A model generated the notes under the pieces. It was not told the origin of the DNA and searched no databases. It worked only from the letters and a program-made list of their open reading frames with translations. A program made the translations under genes and the position numbers. Of a stretch of DNA of 32,305 bases, positions 29,501 through 32,305 are shown one piece after another. Each line of letters starts with the position of its first letter. Position 1 is the first letter of the stretch. Source of the stretch: Granulicella sp. (GTDB lineage: Bacteria; Acidobacteriota; Terriglobia; Terriglobales; Acidobacteriaceae); assembly GCA_027339965.1 (NCBI GenBank), contig DAHWNL010000056.1, forward strand, positions 1 through 32,305, given 5' to 3'.

Positions 29501-29822
29501 CGCGGGAGATCAGGTCGCGGACACCCTTCTCCCGCTCCGGGGTTCCCACCCGCCCGTGCAGATACTTGGAGGCCACGATGTTGGTGGCCGTCACGGACCA
29601 GTCCGACGGGACCTCGACATTCTTTTGCTCAAAGACCAACCGCCCCTTAAAGTCTTGAATCACGGCGTCGCGCAGCTCCCAGGAGAGCTCGTCGAAGGGA
29701 TGCACGCCAGGCTTGGTGAAGTAACGCGCGAAGTGCAGGCCGGGGGCGGTGCGGGAGGATGGGTAGACAGCGGCGGTAGGGGTTGCAGTCTGCTCGGTTG
29801 CGCTGTGGGTGGTTTCGGCCAT
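26547..29822 (-). CDS. nrdJ: Class II (adenosylcobalamin-dependent) ribonucleotide reductase with TSCPD domain and Zn-ribbon tail
   Basis: FNSPVWFN, SACFI, KSGGKTRRAAKM, NPCSEY, SACNLAS, APTGTI, SGAISKTVN, YRDGSK; C-terminal RFEPSG and CSTC..CMEC. Start MAETT (29822) after GAGAGG. Confidence 0.96.
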   Translation of the reverse strand: MAETTHSATEQTATPTAAVYPSSRTAPGLHFARYFTKPGVHPFDELSWELRDAVIQDFKGRLVFEQKNVEVPSDWSVTATNIVASKYLHGRVGTPEREKGVRDLISRVAESIRDWGKRDGYFASEEDAETFFAELTHLLVNQKAAFNSPVWFNVGCDRLEPNSDAQNWHWDAELGRVAFSVTGYSRPQCSACFINSVQDSLDSILTLAKTEGMLFKWGSGAGSNLSAIRGSMETLSGGGTASGPLSFMRGFDAFAGVIKSGGKTRRAAKMVILNVDHPDIEEFIQCKVKEEEKAWHLVAAGYDGSGPDSEAFTSIFFQNANNSVRVTDEFMHAVQTDGTFSTRTVKGREPVQEYRARDLMRQIAEATWKCGDPGMQYDTTINRWHTSKNTARINASNPCSEYMFLDDSACNLASFNLMKFLTPGGQFDIPAYRHAIAIVTTAMEIIVDAAGYPTEQIAKNSHDYRPLGLGYANLGALLMDRGLPYDSDAGRAFSATLTAILCGDAYAQSARIAAGAPALGAATPLTQTVSMEGGACPGFYVNREPFLDVIRMHRAEVNNIDRALKSGDGAAFTDAAGFTAPQLAELKAASQDAWDKALALGDQYGYRNSQVTVLAPTGTIGFMMDCDTTGIEPDLALVKYKKLVGGGMIKIVNNTVPGALFKLGYKDAEVEAIVNYIDATGTIEGAPGIKPEHLAVFDCSFKPAKGTRSISWMGHIKMMAATQPFLSGAISKTVNLPNDCTVQEIADAYVEAWRLGLKAVAIYRDGSKGTQPLNVTAQTDADKKVAAEQASELAAISAALSGAQKELALARQQLAEAQSQITALIHSNNQNADALDAPAPPRAVRHRLPGERMSITHKFSISSHEGYITVGLYPNGQPGEIFIRMAKEGSTISGLMDSFATAVSLALQHGVPLKVLCEKFAHSRFEPSGWTGNEELGYAKSIMDYIFRWMQLRFLSGQQLDLFAGLKQPNLAPETSQLPAAGLPDSAAGLAPASHELHGNAFEHTDRNPPRQGIAGEPKTPISADLTASSRLDQANPLQTTADRGVFHAATAMKGMYEMGDAPSCSTCGAIMTRNGSCYRCMECGSTSGCS

Positions 29823-30019
29823 GATGCGAGTACCTCTCAATCAGAAATGGGAGCATCTCCGGAGCGGGTCCGGAGATCCGAACGGTTGCGATTCAGGTCA
29901 ATGGCGTCCGGGTAAAGGACGCGACTCCTGCTGGGCGGTCAGATGGCGGGAGGGGCGTCACGGGCTTTGAAGCGGTGTGGCCCAGGGAGCAGGCGCTGCA
30001 CCAAGGGGCGGTGAGGTAG

Positions 30020-30048
30020 AAAGTAACGCCGCATCTGGTGCGAGTCAA
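30020..30048 (-). promoter_or_regulatory. sigma70-type promoter of nrdJ
   Basis: Minus strand TTGACT (30048-30043), 17-nt spacer, TACTTT (30025-30020). Confidence 0.65.
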
Positions 30049-30072
30049 GTATAAAACAACTAGATCTTGTGG
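30026..30072 (-). promoter_or_regulatory. Tandem NrdR boxes
   Basis: CCACAAGATCTAGTTG (30072-30057) and GCACCAGATGCGGCGT (30041-30026) resemble the NrdR consensus (acaCwAtATaTwGtg), are offset by 31 bp, and lie upstream of an RNR gene. Confidence 0.75.
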
Positions 30073-30139
30073 TGTTGAAGTAGATACTCCCTGGATGCGG
30101 CGATGCGCGAAGGTATCTGCGGTTTTCCCGGGATTTTGC

Positions 30140-30159
30140 TGTGGAAAGTTTGTGAACAG
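30140..30159 (-). promoter_or_regulatory. Two adjacent DnaA-box-like 9-mers
   Basis: CTTTCCACA (30148-30140) and CTGTTCACA (30159-30151); 1 and 2 mismatches to TTWTNCACA. Confidence 0.35.
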
Positions 30160-30475
30160 GGCATGAATGGCGGATTCGGACGACTGGGGTGTTGCGGATT
30201 CACGAGGCTCGGGAAGGGTCCCCGGGCGCGATAGCTGGGATGCATGAGAAGACCCAAGTGAGCGCGGCCAAACCAGGGCTGTTTTGGATCCGGACAAGGC
30301 TCAAGTTTTCGGCTGCATTGCCGCGTCAGCAGGCTGTCGCTCCGCGAGTCGTAGGGAGTGTTCCCGGCCGGCGGGAAGCGGAGGACCGTGGCCGGAAGGC
30401 GGGATGGAACCATCGGCCGAGACCGGGAACAGGACGCAGGCGTCCATGCCGCCCAGGTATCGCTCCGGGCGGCTC

Positions 30476-30591
30476 GATAGCATTTTCAGTGTTGATGGGT
30501 ACACCGGAGAGGGCGTGCAGTGGCGTTTTCATTGGGGAAAACGCCCATGGAGGTCAAGGCGTCGCGTTACACCTGCATTGAAAACGCTTTA
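30476..30591 (-). mobile_element. 116-bp palindromic MITE-like repeat, copy 4 (inverted, most diverged)
   Basis: Reverse complement aligns to copy 1 with roughly 20 differences including a 1-nt insertion; central hairpin and CCCATCAACACTGAAAATGCTA intact. Confidence 0.85.
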
Positions 30592-30633
30592 GGGGAACGG
30601 ATCCATCTCCTTCTTGGATCCCCTTGGCGGTGG

Positions 30634-31080
30634 TTATGGAACGCGCGCCGGCTGCATCGCCTCGATCTGCTCGGCTGCGGTTCCGGGGGTCTCCCTCCAG
30701 GGCGTTCCCGTAAACTTCTCGTCGACTCCCCGACCTGCAACCACAAACTCGACCGAGACCGGCTGGCCAGGAATCCTGGCGCCGAACCAGTGTGGATCTT
30801 CACCTTCCCTCCAGGTCACCAGACCCAACACAGCCCCGGCAGGATACGCCACCCCTGCCCGAGCCGCTTTGACGGCGGCATCGTCTCCAAAGAGCGTCGT
30901 CATGGAACCGGAGCTTCGATCCATCTCAGTGGCAATCGCCGTCCACTGCAGCACGGGGTAGGGCAGGCCTCTGTTCAGCGCGGCCCGCAGATCGTACAGT
31001 TGATCTTCAGCCATCTGTCGCCGGCATCCGCAGAGGCAGATCAGCAGCAGCGCGGCGGCAGCAACCAAGGGCATCTTCAT
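30634..31080 (-). CDS. Lipoprotein with cytochrome P460-like domain, no CxxCH
   Basis: Lipobox-like LLICLCGC; YPAGAVLGLVTW..DPHWFGARIPG..SVEFV parallels the P460 domain of the upstream gene; ATGA overlap with it. Confidence 0.65.
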   Translation of the reverse strand: MKMPLVAAAALLLICLCGCRRQMAEDQLYDLRAALNRGLPYPVLQWTAIATEMDRSSGSMTTLFGDDAAVKAARAGVAYPAGAVLGLVTWREGEDPHWFGARIPGQPVSVEFVVAGRGVDEKFTGTPWRETPGTAAEQIEAMQPARVP

Positions 31081-32093
31081 TGTCCCGCTCCCTTGGCTTC
31101 TTGCTTCTCCGAGCCAGACGGGCCGGTCTTCGGCTCCCGGGGCAGCGGGAGGGAGAAGACAAAGTCATTGGCCTTGACAGCCTCGTGGCATCCCAGGCAC
31201 TCATTGTCAAAGTGCGGTCCGTCTCCGTAAGGTTTCAATTGATCGCCGACGAAGCGTGCAAACCCCCATCCCTCCGTACCGGCGAACTGGATGCGATGCT
31301 TTTCCATGAACTCCACCTGAAGGAACCTTCCCGGCCGCAGATGTCCGTGCCCATCGTCCACGGCCCGCCAGGCGATGCTGGCAAGGGCTGCGCCCTCCGG
31401 CCAGGAGGGTAGCTGCCGAGCTTCTATGGCGCGGATCGCAATCTCGTTGCCGGTGATGATCCGCAGGCTGTGATCGTCTCCTCGATCAACGGCGGTGATC
31501 ACCTGCCAGCCTGCAAAGCCGGGTAGAAACGGAGTTCCGTTGGGCGAGGGTCCTGCCGGCTGTCGGTTCGGCTCGGGCGCAGCCAGGGCCGCCGGCTTGG
31601 CCACAAACGGCTTGCTCGGCTCGTCTTGCCCTCCGGCTGGCGGGAAGGGCGCCAGATAGGCCTTCAGGGTCGCCAGCTCCTGCGCGGTTACCCCAGAGTG
31701 GGGATGTCCGAGCCGATAAAGCCGCAGCGGCATGGCGCCCAACTGAATCTGGTCCACCGACTCAAAGAGAGCGGCTCGTTGGCGGACAAGGGGTTGGGCG
31801 CCCAGCTCTGAAAAGTTCAGCACTCTTCTTGCTCTCTGCACGTCAGAGGCCGCTACCCAGTACACGGGCGCCACCTGGTCCCACCACAGGAGCTGGGGAT
31901 GGTCGGAGTGGCAGGCGTAGCAGCGCCGCACCAGGATCTCTCGCACCTGCGGCGGCACGGCAATCTCCGTCTGCGCTCCCGCAGGGACCCCGAGCGATGG
32001 CCGGATCGCCTGCAGGGCAAGGGCCACCGCCAGAACCAAGGACAATGCTCCGAATCCGCGCCGCAACCTGGCCATAGCATCCGCAACCATCAT
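31077..32093 (-). CDS. Di-heme c-type cytochrome: Haem-binding domain fused to a cytochrome P460-family domain
   Basis: N-terminal TM; CYACHSD..WWDQVAP..LNFS..MPL..Y...HP; C-terminal GN.IA, WPEG, QVEFMEK, EGWGFARF, CLGCH, DFVF. Confidence 0.85.
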   Translation of the reverse strand: MMVADAMARLRRGFGALSLVLAVALALQAIRPSLGVPAGAQTEIAVPPQVREILVRRCYACHSDHPQLLWWDQVAPVYWVAASDVQRARRVLNFSELGAQPLVRQRAALFESVDQIQLGAMPLRLYRLGHPHSGVTAQELATLKAYLAPFPPAGGQDEPSKPFVAKPAALAAPEPNRQPAGPSPNGTPFLPGFAGWQVITAVDRGDDHSLRIITGNEIAIRAIEARQLPSWPEGAALASIAWRAVDDGHGHLRPGRFLQVEFMEKHRIQFAGTEGWGFARFVGDQLKPYGDGPHFDNECLGCHEAVKANDFVFSLPLPREPKTGPSGSEKQEAKGAGQ

Positions 32094-32305
32094 CCCATAA
32101 GCCGGCCGTGGAGACGCAGACCTAGGGCGACTCTGATCAAGTATCGGCTGGGTTGATATTTCTTAATCTGAGTCGAATTTTGGGTCGAGTTGCCAGGGTA
32201 TTGGGCGTTGGCGCTCTGAACAAGTGTAGTTTTCCGTACTTCGGGCAGACTACTGCCCGGGCACGGCCATCAGTTTTTGCGCTGTGATGAGGTGGATGAG
32301 GGCGA

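Noticed and set aside
26547..29822. Intein or intron in nrdJ
   Set aside because: The frame is continuous, the catalytic motifs show no large interruption, and no splice-junction or homing-endonuclease motifs are seen.
32094..32305. AT-richer stretch upstream of the heme protein gene
   Set aside because: Probably a promoter region, but no motif or ORF can be supported within the window.

Overview
High-GC bacterial chromosomal window. Gene content (Oar-type TonB receptor, DUF1080, Tat-type GH2, NrdJ with TSCPD/Zn-ribbon tail, heme-binding/P460 pair) suggests Acidobacteriota (inference). Gene order: truncated outer-membrane beta-barrel gene (-), yggS-yggU (+), leuS-membrane protein-guaA (-), glutaredoxin (+), DUF1080 (-), type-B carboxylesterase (+), nfo (-), Cys-rich small protein-TolC-CusB/YtkA-CusA copper/silver efflux operon (+), TonB-dependent receptor (-), GH2 glycosidase (-), class II RNR nrdJ (-) with a sigma70 promoter and tandem NrdR boxes, and two cytochrome P460-family genes (-). 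Most notable non-genic signal: four dispersed copies of a 115-116 bp palindromic MITE-like element with imperfect 16-bp terminal inverted repeats and TA ends at YTAR sites. Other highlights: four apparently leaderless housekeeping genes, a ~60-aa insertion in YggS, a candidate metal-sensing leader ORF before the cus operon, and P460-fold proteins lacking the cross-linking lysine. Start codons were reassigned by eye where the ORF track over-extends.
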